33,954 nucleotides of DNA from Alphaproteobacteria bacterium UBA6544 (GTDB taxonomy: Bacteria; Pseudomonadota; Alphaproteobacteria; UBA8366): the NCBI GenBank assembly GCA_002434595.1, contig DJKK01000320.1, positions 1 through 33,954 of the forward strand. Direction: 5' to 3'. The position numbers and the translations under genes were made by a program. This document shows, piece after piece, positions 10,132 to 20,071 of this stretch; positions within the stretch are counted from its first letter, which is position 1; every line of letters begins with the position of its first letter. Below the pieces are notes generated by a model. The model saw only the letters and a list, made by a program, of their open reading frames with translations. It was not told the origin of the DNA and ran no database searches.

Positions 10132-12117
10132 GTGACCGCCATGACCACAGACCCGAAACAGATGGCGAATGCCATCCGCGCCCTTTCCATGGATGCCGTC
10201 CAACAGGCAAATTCCGGGCATCCCGGTGCTCCGATGGGAATGGCGGACATTGCAACGGTCCTTTTCACCCGCTTTCTGAAGTTCGATCCGGCGGACCCGG
10301 ACTGGCCGGACCGCGATCGTTTCGTGCTGTCGAACGGACATGGCTCAATGCTGCTCTATTCGCTGCTCTACCTCACGGGGTATGAAGATGTGGATATCGA
10401 GCAAGTTCGAAATTTCCGCCAGCTCGGCAGCCGAACCGCCGGCCATCCTGAGTATGGACATGCCCGCGGGATCGAAACCACGACAGGACCGTTGGGTCAG
10501 GGGATTGCCAACGCTGTCGGCATGGCGCTCGCCGAAAGAATGCTGGCGGCGCGCTTCGGCAATGACGTCGTCGACCATTACACATACGTTTTCGCAGGCG
10601 ACGGTTGCCTGATGGAGGGGATCAGTCATGAAGCGATCTCCATGGCCGGACATCTGAAGCTCAGCAAACTGATCGTGCTGTTCGACGACAATGAGATTTC
10701 GATCGACGGTCCGACAGACATGGCCGTGAGCGACAATCAGTTGGCACGGTTCGAAGCGAGCGGTTGGGAGACGTCCCGGGTCGACGGTCACAATCAGGAT
10801 GACATCGCCGCAGCAATTGAAGCGGCACGCGCAAGCGACAAGCCGTCATTAATCGCCTGCAGGACAATTATTGGTTACGGATCGCCCAACAAGGAAGGAA
10901 CGGCAGCCACCCATGGCGCGCCGCTCGGTGCGGACGAAATCGCCGCAACCCGCGTGAAGCTGGGCTGGTCCCACCCGCCATTCGAAGTTCCGGATGAGTT
11001 GCTGGAAGCCTGGCGGGCGACCGGACGTCGGTCGGTAGGCGAGCGACAAGCATGGAACGGTCGTCTCTCTGCCCTCGACGATCAGGCTAGATTGGCCTTT
11101 GAACGGACGATGGCGGGCGAGCTGCCGGACGAACTCGAAGCCGCGGTCGATGGATACAAGAAGTCTCTTGCCGATGACCCACCGAAGCTCGCCACGCGGC
11201 AGTCCTCACAAAAAGCCCTGAATGTGCTGACCAAGGCCGCCCCCGAGCTTGTGGGTGGCTCGGCCGACCTCACAGGCTCAAACCTTACGCTGGCCGATGG
11301 CATGGAGGCGGTTTCCGCTGACAATTACGGCGGTTCGCACATCTATTACGGTGTTCGCGAACACGGCATGGCGGCCGCAATGAATGGAATGGCGCTTCAC
11401 GGCGGCTTGATACCCTACGGCGCGACGTTCTTGATCTTTACTGACTATTGCCGGCCTTCAATCCGCCTTTCGGCGCTGATGAAGCAACGCGTCATTTACG
11501 TCATGACGCACGATTCCATCGGTCTCGGCGAAGACGGCCCGACGCATCAGCCGATTGAGCACCTGGCCAGTCTGCGCGCCATGCCGAACGTAAATGTATT
11601 CCGGCCTTGCGACGCCGTCGAAACAGCAGAATGCTGGCAACTCGCACTGCAATCGAAGGACGCGCCATCCATTCTGGCCCTCACCCGACAGGGATTGACG
11701 CCCGTCCGCACCGAGCACTCGCCGGCAAATCTCTGCGCCAAAGGTGGGTATGTCGTCGCGGACGCGGGAAGCGACCGTAAGGCAACTATACTTGCAACCG
11801 GCTCCGAAGTTGAGATCGCCCTCGCAGCACGCGAAAGCCTCGAGCAAAGCGGCATTGGCACGGCGGTCGTCTCGATGCCGTGCCACGAACTCTTCGACGC
11901 ACAGGACGAAAACTACCGGCAATCTGTGCTCGGCACCGGTACTGTCCGCGTCGCGGTAGAAGCGGCTGTCCACGCCGGGTGGGACCGCTATATAGGTCCG
12001 GAAGGCGGGTTCATTGGGATGGACGGCTTCGGTGCGTCAGCCCCGGCGGACGCATTATACGAGCACTTTGGCATTACGGCGGCGGCAGTCGAAGCAGCTG
12101 TCCGCGAAAGACTATAG
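10132..12117 (+). CDS. tkt: Transketolase
   Basis: [30 protein letters not shown], ThDP motif [13 protein letters not shown], and [16 protein letters not shown]. 661 aa from GTG 10132; an alternative ATG is at 10141. Confidence 0.96.
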   Translation: MTAMTTDPKQMANAIRALSMDAVQQANSGHPGAPMGMADIATVLFTRFLKFDPADPDWPDRDRFVLSNGHGSMLLYSLLYLTGYEDVDIEQVRNFRQLGSRTAGHPEYGHARGIETTTGPLGQGIANAVGMALAERMLAARFGNDVVDHYTYVFAGDGCLMEGISHEAISMAGHLKLSKLIVLFDDNEISIDGPTDMAVSDNQLARFEASGWETSRVDGHNQDDIAAAIEAARASDKPSLIACRTIIGYGSPNKEGTAATHGAPLGADEIAATRVKLGWSHPPFEVPDELLEAWRATGRRSVGERQAWNGRLSALDDQARLAFERTMAGELPDELEAAVDGYKKSLADDPPKLATRQSSQKALNVLTKAAPELVGGSADLTGSNLTLADGMEAVSADNYGGSHIYYGVREHGMAAAMNGMALHGGLIPYGATFLIFTDYCRPSIRLSALMKQRVIYVMTHDSIGLGEDGPTHQPIEHLASLRAMPNVNVFRPCDAVETAECWQLALQSKDAPSILALTRQGLTPVRTEHSPANLCAKGGYVVADAGSDRKATILATGSEVEIALAARESLEQSGIGTAVVSMPCHELFDAQDENYRQSVLGTGTVRVAVEAAVHAGWDRYIGPEGGFIGMDGFGASAPADALYEHFGITAAAVEAAVRERL

Positions 12118-12128
12118 GGAAGCAGAAC

Positions 12129-13136
12129 ATGGCAGTGCGTGTAGGTATCAACGGTTTTGGTAGGATCGGTCGTTTGGTCATGCGGGCGGCGGTCGAAGCC
12201 AGACGCGACGACATTGAGTTCGTCGGCATCAACGACCTCGGCGACGTAAAAAGCAACGCCCATCTCTTGAAGTACGACACGGTACACGGACGTCTCGACA
12301 CCGATATCACGACCGGCGATGACTGGATGGATTTCGGCAAGGGCAAGATCAAGGTGACCGCGGAGCGCGACCCGGCAAAGCTGCCGTGGCAAGAGTTGGA
12401 TATCGATATCGCAATGGAATGCACGGGTATCTTCACTGATAAGGAATCCGCTTCAAAGCATCTTGAGGCCGGCGCTAAGCGCGTCCTGGTATCCGCTCCC
12501 GCTTCCGGCGCGGACCTCACCCTCGTTTACGGCATCAACCACGATCAGCTGGACCCGAGCCACACGGTCGTCTCGAATGCTTCTTGCACAACAAACTGCC
12601 TCGCCCCGGTCGCTTATGTCCTGAATCAGGCCATTGGCATTGAGCGCGGATACATGACGACGGTCCATGCCTTCACCGGGGACCAGCGGACGACGGACAC
12701 GCTCCATTCAGATATGCGGCGCGCCCGTGCCGCTTCTCAGTCGCTGATTCCGACATCCACGGGTGCGGCCAAGGCCGTTGGGCTCGTTCTTCCGGAACTA
12801 AACGGCAAACTCGACGGCACCTCGATCCGCGTCCCGACGCCCAATGTCTCGCTGATCGACTTCAAGTTCGACGCGGCTCGCGATACGGACGTGGCTGAAA
12901 TTAACGGCGCAATCCAGCAGGCAGCAGCCGGTTCGCTGAAAGGCGTTCTCGACACGAACGATGAGCCGCTTGTTTCCATCGATTTCAACCACAATCCGGC
13001 GAGTTCGATTTTCGATCTGACACAGACCCAGGTCATTGAAGGCCGCCTCGTCCGCGTGCTGTCCTGGTACGATAATGAGTGGGGCTTCTCGAACCGTATG
13101 TCGGATACCGCTGTGGCAATGGCGAAACTCGGCTAG
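12129..13136 (+). CDS. gap: Glyceraldehyde-3-phosphate dehydrogenase
   Basis: [16 protein letters not shown] and active site [12 protein letters not shown]. 335 aa from the ATG at 12129. The track ORF starts far upstream, inside tkt. Confidence 0.96.
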   Translation: MAVRVGINGFGRIGRLVMRAAVEARRDDIEFVGINDLGDVKSNAHLLKYDTVHGRLDTDITTGDDWMDFGKGKIKVTAERDPAKLPWQELDIDIAMECTGIFTDKESASKHLEAGAKRVLVSAPASGADLTLVYGINHDQLDPSHTVVSNASCTTNCLAPVAYVLNQAIGIERGYMTTVHAFTGDQRTTDTLHSDMRRARAASQSLIPTSTGAAKAVGLVLPELNGKLDGTSIRVPTPNVSLIDFKFDAARDTDVAEINGAIQQAAAGSLKGVLDTNDEPLVSIDFNHNPASSIFDLTQTQVIEGRLVRVLSWYDNEWGFSNRMSDTAVAMAKLG

Positions 13137-13157
13137 GGTTCCACCTATACTGTCGCC

Positions 13158-13571
13158 GTGATGGCGATGGAACGAAAAGCGGTTACGGTCTACGGATTGG
13201 AACACGCCGTCTTGGCCGCACGTGTCGCGACAGAGACGGGCGTGCCCGTTAATTTGATAAGCGGCGATTCTGCGGCCGCATATGCCGGCCCAGCATGGTT
13301 TCGATCGCTTCTTGAGGAAACGCGCAGGCAGTCCCCGGACGCCAAAATTGAAGGCGCGCTCGATTGCGATGATTTCACTGGATACGCCCTTGCCGCGCTC
13401 CGCGAAGGCCTTCCCACCATTATTTACGACGGTACCGCGAACGACGCCGTCGACGACATCGCCCGGCAGTGCGGCGCGACGGTGTTGCGGAGAAGACCCG
13501 AATCTCTGGACGCACGTGCGGCGGATTTCACAGGTTCGCTCGAAGCCGCTATGCGCGCCTGGTTTACGTAA
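13158..13571 (+). CDS. Hypothetical protein (137 aa), no family recognised
   Basis: Only long ORF in the gap-to-cupin interval with sense-strand-like composition. No motif recognised. The competing 267-aa minus ORF overlaps gap antisense. Confidence 0.4.
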   Translation: MMAMERKAVTVYGLEHAVLAARVATETGVPVNLISGDSAAAYAGPAWFRSLLEETRRQSPDAKIEGALDCDDFTGYALAALREGLPTIIYDGTANDAVDDIARQCGATVLRRRPESLDARAADFTGSLEAAMRAWFT

Positions 13572-13641
13572 CCGTCTTTCCCAAGCCGCTGCGAGAAACA
13601 AGTAGAGCTATTCGGCACGGATCATCAGCTGGAGCTCAGAC

Positions 13642-13992
13642 ATGCGTATCCACAATCTCTACGAAGATGAAAACGGCGAGTCCCACTTCCGCGATATCGA
13701 GATCGAATGGGCGGAGGAACGGAACTTCAGTAAGTATTCGGCGAGAATGCCGACCAACGGCATCATCTTCCGTGAGACATCGGGAGACTACAATCTAGAC
13801 TGGCACCCAGCCCCCCGCCGCCAGTACATCGTCAACCTAGACGCGGGTGTGAAGATCACTGCGAGTGACGGCGAGAGCCGCGAGATCAAGGCGGGTGAGA
13901 TCATTCTTGTCGAAGATCTAACCGGCAAGGGCCACCTTTCACAATCGGTCGGCGGCCAGCTGCGCCATTCACTCTTCATCCCGGTCGAGTAG
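13642..13992 (+). CDS. Small cupin-fold protein
   Basis: 116 aa. Beta-rich pattern with WHPAPRRQYIVNLDAGVKITASDGESREIKAGEIILVEDLTGKGH, typical of single-domain cupins. GGAG lies 7 nt upstream of the ATG. Confidence 0.55.
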   Translation: MRIHNLYEDENGESHFRDIEIEWAEERNFSKYSARMPTNGIIFRETSGDYNLDWHPAPRRQYIVNLDAGVKITASDGESREIKAGEIILVEDLTGKGHLSQSVGGQLRHSLFIPVE

Positions 13993-14026
13993 TTTGACGT
14001 ACCAATAGAAGACGGAGGCAATTGTT

Positions 14027-15127
14027 GTGACTAATAAAATCAGGGTAGGTATCGTCGGCGCGACCGTTACACCGGGTGGTAGCGGTTGGGGTGCTAACGC
14101 GCATGTTCCCGCTTTGCATGCATTGCCCAACTATGAACTGAAGGCCGTTTGCACCGCGCATAAAGACACGGCGAAGGCCTCGGCCGAGAAGTTCGGCGCC
14201 GACCTCGCATTTCACGACATGGCCGAAATGGTTGCACATCCCGATGTCGATCTCGTCACCGTCGTTGTCCGCGTCCCATGGCATAGGCCACTGGTTATGC
14301 AGGCGATCGATGCTAAGAAACCGGTCTGCTGCGAATGGCCGCTCGGTGCGCATATTGCGGAAGCAACCGAGATGGCGGACGCCACACAGAGCGCAGGAAT
14401 CGCCAGTTTGGTAGGCCTTCAGGCGCAAAGCGACCCAGCGATCATGTACGCCCGCGACATCGTCGCCAACGGTAAGATTGGCGATATCGTCACCGTCAAC
14501 CTGCGTGTAATGGTCAATGCGATCCCCGAGCGTGGCGACGGCCGCATTTGGCAAGGCATTCGGCAGAATGGGGCCAACCCCATGACCATACCGGGTGGCC
14601 ATGCCGTAGACGCGCTTTGTTACATTGTTGGAGAGTTCGCTGAACTCAGCGCACGAGTGACGACACGAATCCCGATGTGGAAACACGCCGTCACCGGAGA
14701 AGATTTTCCCGTCGACGCGCCAGACACGGTGACGGTTGCCGGACTGTTGACGAATGGGGCCGAAGCAGCATACCAGGTTGCGAGCGTGCCTTATAACGCA
14801 AGCGGCACCCGAATGGAGATATACGGCCAAAAGGGAACGCTGGTTCTGACGTCGAAATCGGTCAATATCGGGCCAAGCCAACTTTTTATGGCCATCGGGG
14901 ACGCCTACATGGCAGAGATCACGCCACCTGACGCGTACCGGCTTATCCCGGCTGATATGGCTGCCGGACCGGGACGCAATGTCGCACAGGCCTACGCCCG
15001 CTATGCCGACGCGGTGCAATCAGGTTCTGCCACATCGCCGGATTTCCAGCACGCGGTCGTACGCCATGCGATGATCGATGCTATGGAGCGCTCCCACACG
15101 GACGGCAAGGCCATCAAGCTCGGCTAA
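14027..15127 (+). CDS. Gfo/Idh/MocA-family NAD(P)-dependent oxidoreductase
   Basis: N-terminal Rossmann IRVGIVGATV..., EWPLG motif (CCEWPLGAHIAEA), 366 aa. GTG start at 14027. Confidence 0.85.
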   Translation: MTNKIRVGIVGATVTPGGSGWGANAHVPALHALPNYELKAVCTAHKDTAKASAEKFGADLAFHDMAEMVAHPDVDLVTVVVRVPWHRPLVMQAIDAKKPVCCEWPLGAHIAEATEMADATQSAGIASLVGLQAQSDPAIMYARDIVANGKIGDIVTVNLRVMVNAIPERGDGRIWQGIRQNGANPMTIPGGHAVDALCYIVGEFAELSARVTTRIPMWKHAVTGEDFPVDAPDTVTVAGLLTNGAEAAYQVASVPYNASGTRMEIYGQKGTLVLTSKSVNIGPSQLFMAIGDAYMAEITPPDAYRLIPADMAAGPGRNVAQAYARYADAVQSGSATSPDFQHAVVRHAMIDAMERSHTDGKAIKLG

Positions 15128-15189
15128 CGCCTTTCTAGCCCAGATACCGACGCGCTTCATCTGTCCTGCAAGACAGCGTTCTCCCGCGG

Positions 15190-15294
15190 TCACGCCCGGC
15201 TCAAAGCCGCGATCTCCGAATCCGACAATGGCCGTGTCAAATCGACATCCGATACTTCACCGGCGAAACAAGGCCCAACTTTTCGGATAACCAT
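15190..15294 (-). pseudogene. N-terminal remnant of a TauD/TfdA-family Fe(II)/2-oxoglutarate dioxygenase
   Basis: Not in the ORF track. The minus strand reads MVIRKVGPCFAGEVSDVDLTRPLSDSEIAALSRA then TGA. DLTRPLSD is identical to the E. coli TauD N-terminal segment (GAQISGADLTRPLSD). Only 34 codons remain, with GGGAGG upstream, directly after the FAH gene stop. Confidence 0.5.
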
Positions 15295-15316
15295 CGCCAA
15301 GCCCGCCTCCCGTTTG

Positions 15317-16249
15317 TTAACTCTCCGCGTATTTACCTGTCAGTTGGGACGTATGGGCGCCATCCAACCCTTTTTCATGGTGTTGGAGCCGAGTATCCCG
15401 CGCCCATGTCCGCTTCAAGTCGTCCTGCACATCGAAATTCAGCCGACCGAGGCCCTCAACCTCCAGTTCAATCTTATCACCGTCCATAAAGGAATTGAGC
15501 CCTCGATGGTTGGTTCCCGTCGCCACCAAGTCGCCCGGCGAAAGGGTGTGGATCGAACTGAGCCATTCAATGCATCGCGGAATCTTGTGTGCCATATCAT
15601 CCGTATTGAAGTCTTGCATCAAGGTTCCGTTGTTCCAGAGCCGTACCTGCAGGTTCTGCGGATCTTCAATCTCGTCGGCCGTCACGATGTATGGTCCAAT
15701 CGGCGCAAAAGTGTCCCGCGACTTCACCTGAAAGAAAGTATTGCCGGGCGGCGGCAGGTTGCGCGCCGAACCATCGATAAAGTTCACATAGCCGAAGATA
15801 TGGTCATAAGCATCGGCCTGCGACACGTTCGTTGCCGTCTTCCCGATCACCAAGCCGAGTTCCGCCTCACCCTCGAAGATGGTCGCGGGTGCATCCGGAA
15901 GAACCATCGTGTCCCCGCAGCCAATAACGGCTTCCGGTGCCTTGTGAAATGCATTGATAGGCGCCGGCGCGCTCAGGGTGCCATCTTCCATGTAATTGAC
16001 AGCCATGCAGTCGATCTTACCCGGTTTCGGCAGTGGCGGACGGATGCGGACACTTGTCACCGGCACCCCGTCTCCGTCTTCCGCCAGTTTCTCCAGTGCG
16101 CTGCGATAGTCGTCAAATCGCGCAATCAGGCCGCTGATCAGATCATGAGGACCCGTATGCGGGATATCGGACACCGCCGCCGATAAATCGATGACATCGT
16201 CACCACGCAACACGCCGAGTTTGAAATCATCAAAATACAGAATCTTCAC
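15317..16249 (-). CDS. Fumarylacetoacetate hydrolase (FAH) family protein
   Basis: FAH motifs EGEAELGLVIGK, VNFIDGSARN, GDLVATGT. The GTG start at 16247-16249 is preceded by GGAGGAG and overlaps the upstream stop as GTGA. The track start at 16462 is an extension. Confidence 0.85.
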   Translation of the reverse strand: MKILYFDDFKLGVLRGDDVIDLSAAVSDIPHTGPHDLISGLIARFDDYRSALEKLAEDGDGVPVTSVRIRPPLPKPGKIDCMAVNYMEDGTLSAPAPINAFHKAPEAVIGCGDTMVLPDAPATIFEGEAELGLVIGKTATNVSQADAYDHIFGYVNFIDGSARNLPPPGNTFFQVKSRDTFAPIGPYIVTADEIEDPQNLQVRLWNNGTLMQDFNTDDMAHKIPRCIEWLSSIHTLSPGDLVATGTNHRGLNSFMDGDKIELEVEGLGRLNFDVQDDLKRTWARDTRLQHHEKGLDGAHTSQLTGKYAES

Positions 16250-17505
16250 AGTTTCTCCTCCCGGTCTTCGGTATAGGTACCGTTCCTTTTTCGCGCCTGT
16301 CGAAGTGCACTTTCCCACGTCGCTTCCGTCGCGATTTCCCGCGTCCATGGCCGCATCACGGAAGATGCCTGGGCGTCCCGCAGGAATCGTTCCAGCGGAA
16401 ACCGCTTCAGGAGAGCCCGCCCGCCGCAAATACGTATCGCTTCCTGGGCGACCTCGACGCATGTGCGCTGGACCAAGACGTGCGCCGCGCGGGCGCGCTG
16501 CCGGATTTCATGGTTCGGCTCAAGTTTTGCTTCCGATGCGGCCCTATAGTAAAGAGATTTCGCCGCCTCGATCTTGAAAAGCATATCCGCCAGGCCATTC
16601 GATATAACCGGCCCGATATCTTCCTTCATGGAAGCGCCTTCAACGCCCCCTGTGAGATAGTCGAGAGTGAATTCATAGGCGCGCTGCATCATGCCGAGAA
16701 ACGTCGCCGAGAAAAGCATCGGCCCGTGTGCCGCCGAGAGGTAGAGCCCGCCGAAGACGCTTGGCGGCAGCACTTCGTCATCATCCGGCACGAAGACGTC
16801 TTCAAGCACCATGTCCCGGCTGACCGTCGCCCGCATGCCGATCGGATCCCATTCGCCTGAAAAGGTAAGCCCCTCAGCTTCCCGCGGCACTCTCAGGTAC
16901 AAAGTGCGCTCAAGCCACGGTGCATCACCAATCAAAATAGCCGGTGTTGCGAAATAATCGGCAGCATCCGAGAGCGACACAAAAAATTTACGCCCGTTTA
17001 CGCGATATCCGCCATCTACCTTCTCCGCCCGTGTGCCGAACCGTCGTCCGCCCACTTGAAAGGCCGTATCTGTCTGACCTTGTTCAACAGGTTCGCTATG
17101 CGGCTGCCCATAGAACACACCCTTTTCAACGACTTCACGGAAATGCCGCGTGCGCAGTTCTTCATGCCGTGACCGCTTCTCTTCGGTCATCTCATGCGCA
17201 TCGGCCATCTCCCCCATCATCAACATGGTCAGGCAATGCATGTTGTAGGTCAGGGCCGTGGATGCGTTGCCCATGGCGATCTGCTCCGCGACGAGGACAT
17301 ACGTCTCCAGGTTCCCGCCCAGTCCGCCATACTGCTCCGGGATGCAAAGCGCCAGCAATCCAGCATCGCGAAGATCGTCATAGTCCTCGAACGGGAAGCG
17401 GGCCTCCCGGTCATATTCCGCCGAGCGCGGCTCGAAGCGTTCTCTTGCAAGAGTCCGGGCGAGCTCGATCAGCTCCTGCTGACGCGGAGTCGGCCGCATA
17501 TCCAT
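16246..17505 (-). CDS. Acyl-CoA dehydrogenase-fold flavoprotein (non-canonical active-site positions)
   Basis: ACAD-like N-terminus (QQELIELARTLARERFEP...YDREARFPFEDYDDLRDAGLL) and C-terminus (ICGGRALLKRFPLERFLRDAQAS). By eye the YEGT catalytic-Glu position reads MRPW. Start is MDMRP, ATG at 17505. Confidence 0.85.
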   Translation of the reverse strand: MDMRPTPRQQELIELARTLARERFEPRSAEYDREARFPFEDYDDLRDAGLLALCIPEQYGGLGGNLETYVLVAEQIAMGNASTALTYNMHCLTMLMMGEMADAHEMTEEKRSRHEELRTRHFREVVEKGVFYGQPHSEPVEQGQTDTAFQVGGRRFGTRAEKVDGGYRVNGRKFFVSLSDAADYFATPAILIGDAPWLERTLYLRVPREAEGLTFSGEWDPIGMRATVSRDMVLEDVFVPDDDEVLPPSVFGGLYLSAAHGPMLFSATFLGMMQRAYEFTLDYLTGGVEGASMKEDIGPVISNGLADMLFKIEAAKSLYYRAASEAKLEPNHEIRQRARAAHVLVQRTCVEVAQEAIRICGGRALLKRFPLERFLRDAQASSVMRPWTREIATEATWESALRQARKRNGTYTEDREEKL

Positions 17506-17515
17506 GGCCTCAATC

Positions 17516-18328
17516 CTATTCCGCCGCCTTCTGGCGGTGCATGGCGTCCCAATCATAGAGACGCGGCTCTTTGGTGATGAACCGTCTTACGGCCTCATTG
17601 TGAAACTTGGTATCTCGACATTCGAGTTGAGCAGCGCATTCCGCGTCGATCATTTCCTGCTGTGTACTCTGCAGCGAAATGTCGATCAGTTTCTTCGCTT
17701 CCGCCATGGCGGTCGGCGAGCCATGCGTCAAACCTCTGGCCAAGTCCAGCGCCGCGCCAAGAAGATTTTCAGGTTCATGTATTTGCTGCACAAGTCCCAA
17801 CTGCATTGCTTCTTCTGCGGAGAAAGAACGCGCAGTGAAGGTCAATTCCTTCGTCTTATTTGGGCCAATGCGCCGTGGAAGAACGTAGGCAGCGGTCATA
17901 TCCGGAATTAGGCCGATTCGGCCGAAGACCAGACTGAACTTTGCGCGGGACGTTGCCAGCACCATATCCGCGACCGCCGCCAGGCTGAGGCCGCCACCAA
18001 ACGCAATTCCATCAACTGCCGAGATCACCGGCTTCGGCAGATTTATTAGATCGTAGAGATATCCGAGCGTATTCCGAAGGTGACTGCCACGTTGCTTAGG
18101 CGACGGTTTGTTCACCCCGCCCATGCGGGACACATCGGCACCCGAACAGAAATTCCCACCAGCGCCTGTCAGAATCAGGACCCGGATATCGTTATCTTCA
18201 CGTGCCCGTGCGACCATCTCCGGCAGATCCGTCAGAAACATATCCTGGCTGATCGCGTTCATTTTTCCCGGCCGGTTAAGGGTAAAAACGGCAACACCGT
18301 CTTCGATCTCAAAGGTCGTTTCACTCAT
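17516..18328 (-). CDS. Enoyl-CoA hydratase/isomerase (crotonase) family protein
   Basis: VAVFTLNRPGKMNA ... LILTGAGGNFCSGADV ... VDGIAFGGGLSLA. ATG at 18328 with AGGAGA upstream. Confidence 0.88.
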   Translation of the reverse strand: MSETTFEIEDGVAVFTLNRPGKMNAISQDMFLTDLPEMVARAREDNDIRVLILTGAGGNFCSGADVSRMGGVNKPSPKQRGSHLRNTLGYLYDLINLPKPVISAVDGIAFGGGLSLAAVADMVLATSRAKFSLVFGRIGLIPDMTAAYVLPRRIGPNKTKELTFTARSFSAEEAMQLGLVQQIHEPENLLGAALDLARGLTHGSPTAMAEAKKLIDISLQSTQQEMIDAECAAQLECRDTKFHNEAVRRFITKEPRLYDWDAMHRQKAAE

Positions 18329-18339
18329 GGCATTTCTCC

Positions 18340-19200
18340 TTACTCGAACTCGCGATCTTCCCACCAGGGATAGTAATCTGGCATATCGCGGCTAACCTTC
18401 ATCGGAAACTTCGGCGGCCGTTTCTCCAGAAACGAAACGACGCCTTCCTGGCAATCCGGAAGCTTGCCAAGCGTCCGAATTCCGCGCGAATCAACCTTAT
18501 GCGCTTCCATTGGGTGATCCGCACCGGCCATTCGCCAGAGCATCTGGCGGCACAAAGCGACAGAAATCGACGACGTATTCTCGGCAAATTCCCGCGCAAG
18601 TTTCCGAGCAGCCGGCAAAAGCGCCTCAGACGGAAGAACTTGCTTTACCAATCCCCCCGCCTGCGCTTCCTCAGCATCGAAAACGCGACCTGACATCACC
18701 CACTCGAGTGCCTGGCTCATCCCGACGACCTTCGGCAGGAACCAACTGCTGCAGGCTTCCAGGATTACGCCCCGTTTCGTAAAGACGAACCCCATACGCG
18801 CCTCGGTCGACGCCAAACGTACATCCATTGGCAGGGTCATCGTGGCTCCCACGCCAACGGCTGGACCGTTGATCGCCGCGATCAACGGTTTTTTGCAATC
18901 ATACAGCCGCAAGGTCAAACGGCCGCCACCATCGCGCCAGTTCTCAGAATCCTCGCCCGGATAGCGGCTCGAAACATCGAAACTGTCGGCACCTGCGGAG
19001 AGATCCGCCCCGGCACAATATCCGCGCCCGGCGCCCGTAAAGATGATCGCGCGAACGTCATCATCCTCGTCCGCCTTGTCGACAGCATCAATCAGTTCAA
19101 AAAGCATTTGACGATTAAAGGCATTCAATCGGTCCGGCCGATTGAGCGTGATCGTCAGGATATTTTCTTCAATCTCGTACAGGATGGTTTCGTATGTCAT
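18340..19200 (-). CDS. Enoyl-CoA hydratase/isomerase (crotonase) family protein
   Basis: ILTITLNRPDRLNAF ... IIFTGAGRGYCAGADLS ... INGPAVGVGATMTL. 286 aa. Confidence 0.88.
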   Translation of the reverse strand: MTYETILYEIEENILTITLNRPDRLNAFNRQMLFELIDAVDKADEDDDVRAIIFTGAGRGYCAGADLSAGADSFDVSSRYPGEDSENWRDGGGRLTLRLYDCKKPLIAAINGPAVGVGATMTLPMDVRLASTEARMGFVFTKRGVILEACSSWFLPKVVGMSQALEWVMSGRVFDAEEAQAGGLVKQVLPSEALLPAARKLAREFAENTSSISVALCRQMLWRMAGADHPMEAHKVDSRGIRTLGKLPDCQEGVVSFLEKRPPKFPMKVSRDMPDYYPWWEDREFE

Positions 19201-19210
19201 GGATATCGCC

Positions 19211-19990
19211 TTAGGCGGTCACGCCGCCGTCGACGGGAAGTGCGGCTCCCGTGACGAACGAGGCTTCGTCGGAGAGTAGGAACAAGGCGGCATTGGCAAC
19301 CTCTTCAGGCCGACCTGGACGTCCGAGGCGCGTCATTCCACCGCGTGTTCTGACGAGTTCCTCCTTGTCCATGCCCATCGTCGACTGCTGATCCGGTCGC
19401 GCGACAAATTCACGCAACATCGGCGTATCAATCGGACCAGGGCAAACCGCGTTAACGCGTATATTTTCTGAGGCGAGACGGCCTGCCAGCGCCCGCGCAA
19501 ACCCGACAACGCCAAATTTTGCCATCGAATAAACCGGGCTGAACATCGATCCCTGCAGCCCCGAAGTCGACGCCGTAAAAACGATGGAGCCGCCCCCGCG
19601 GGTCCGCATTTCGGGAATTGCCGCCTCGGTTGTCACGAGGATGGTCCGCATATTGAGGTCCACCGCCGTGTCAAAATCCTTCATTTCAATTCCCTCGATC
19701 GAGGCAGGTCCGGGATGCCCTACGTGATCCCACATGAAATCAAGCCCACCGAAGGCATTCGCCGTCTCCGTTACGATACGGCGTGAATCTTCGTCCTTGG
19801 TCAGGTTCGCAACGATCCCGATAGCCCTACCCCCAGCGCCTTCGATCTCATCGACGACGGCCTTAACCGCATCCGCGTCGATATCCACCACGCCGACCGA
19901 TGCACCTTCCTTCGCGAACCGAATGGCGCCAGCGCGTCCCATTCCCGATCCTGCTGCCGTTACCAATCCATTTTTGCCTTCGAGCCGCAT
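19211..19990 (-). CDS. SDR-family oxidoreductase
   Basis: Cofactor motif VTAAGSGMGRA, catalytic YSMAKFGV, and NAVCPGPIDTPM. AGGAGA lies upstream of the ATG. Confidence 0.9.
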   Translation of the reverse strand: MRLEGKNGLVTAAGSGMGRAGAIRFAKEGASVGVVDIDADAVKAVVDEIEGAGGRAIGIVANLTKDEDSRRIVTETANAFGGLDFMWDHVGHPGPASIEGIEMKDFDTAVDLNMRTILVTTEAAIPEMRTRGGGSIVFTASTSGLQGSMFSPVYSMAKFGVVGFARALAGRLASENIRVNAVCPGPIDTPMLREFVARPDQQSTMGMDKEELVRTRGGMTRLGRPGRPEEVANAALFLLSDEASFVTGAALPVDGGVTA

Positions 19991-20071
19991 CTCGCTCTCC
20001 TTAAGTGCGTAATGACCTTGAATTCCGATGGAGATGAATTTGGCGCGAAAACCCGTGAGGGCGACATACCG

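Noticed and set aside
12798-13601. 267-aa minus-strand ORF overlapping the gap 3' end and the 137-aa hypothetical
   Set aside because: It is antisense to the unambiguous GAPDH gene for more than 300 nt. The sequence is low-complexity and Arg/Cys-rich, typical of a high-GC antisense frame.
13976-15019. 347-aa minus-strand ORF
   Set aside because: It is fully antisense to the Gfo/Idh/MocA oxidoreductase, which has clear family motifs. No motifs are recognisable in this frame.
15314-16186. 290-aa plus-strand ORF
   Set aside because: It is antisense to the FAH-family gene. The composition is Arg/His-rich, as in shadow ORFs.
56-18364. N-terminal extensions in the ORF track (pal to 682, tolB to 2114, ybgC to 4639, ruvA to 6331, cyclo-ligase to 9154, zapA to 9691, gap from 11880, FAH to 16462, ACAD to 17556, crotonase to 18364)
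   Set aside because: In each case an internal start reproduces the canonical family N-terminus. It also usually creates a 4-nt overlap or short gap with the upstream gene and has an SD-like sequence. The extensions would overlap neighbouring genes.
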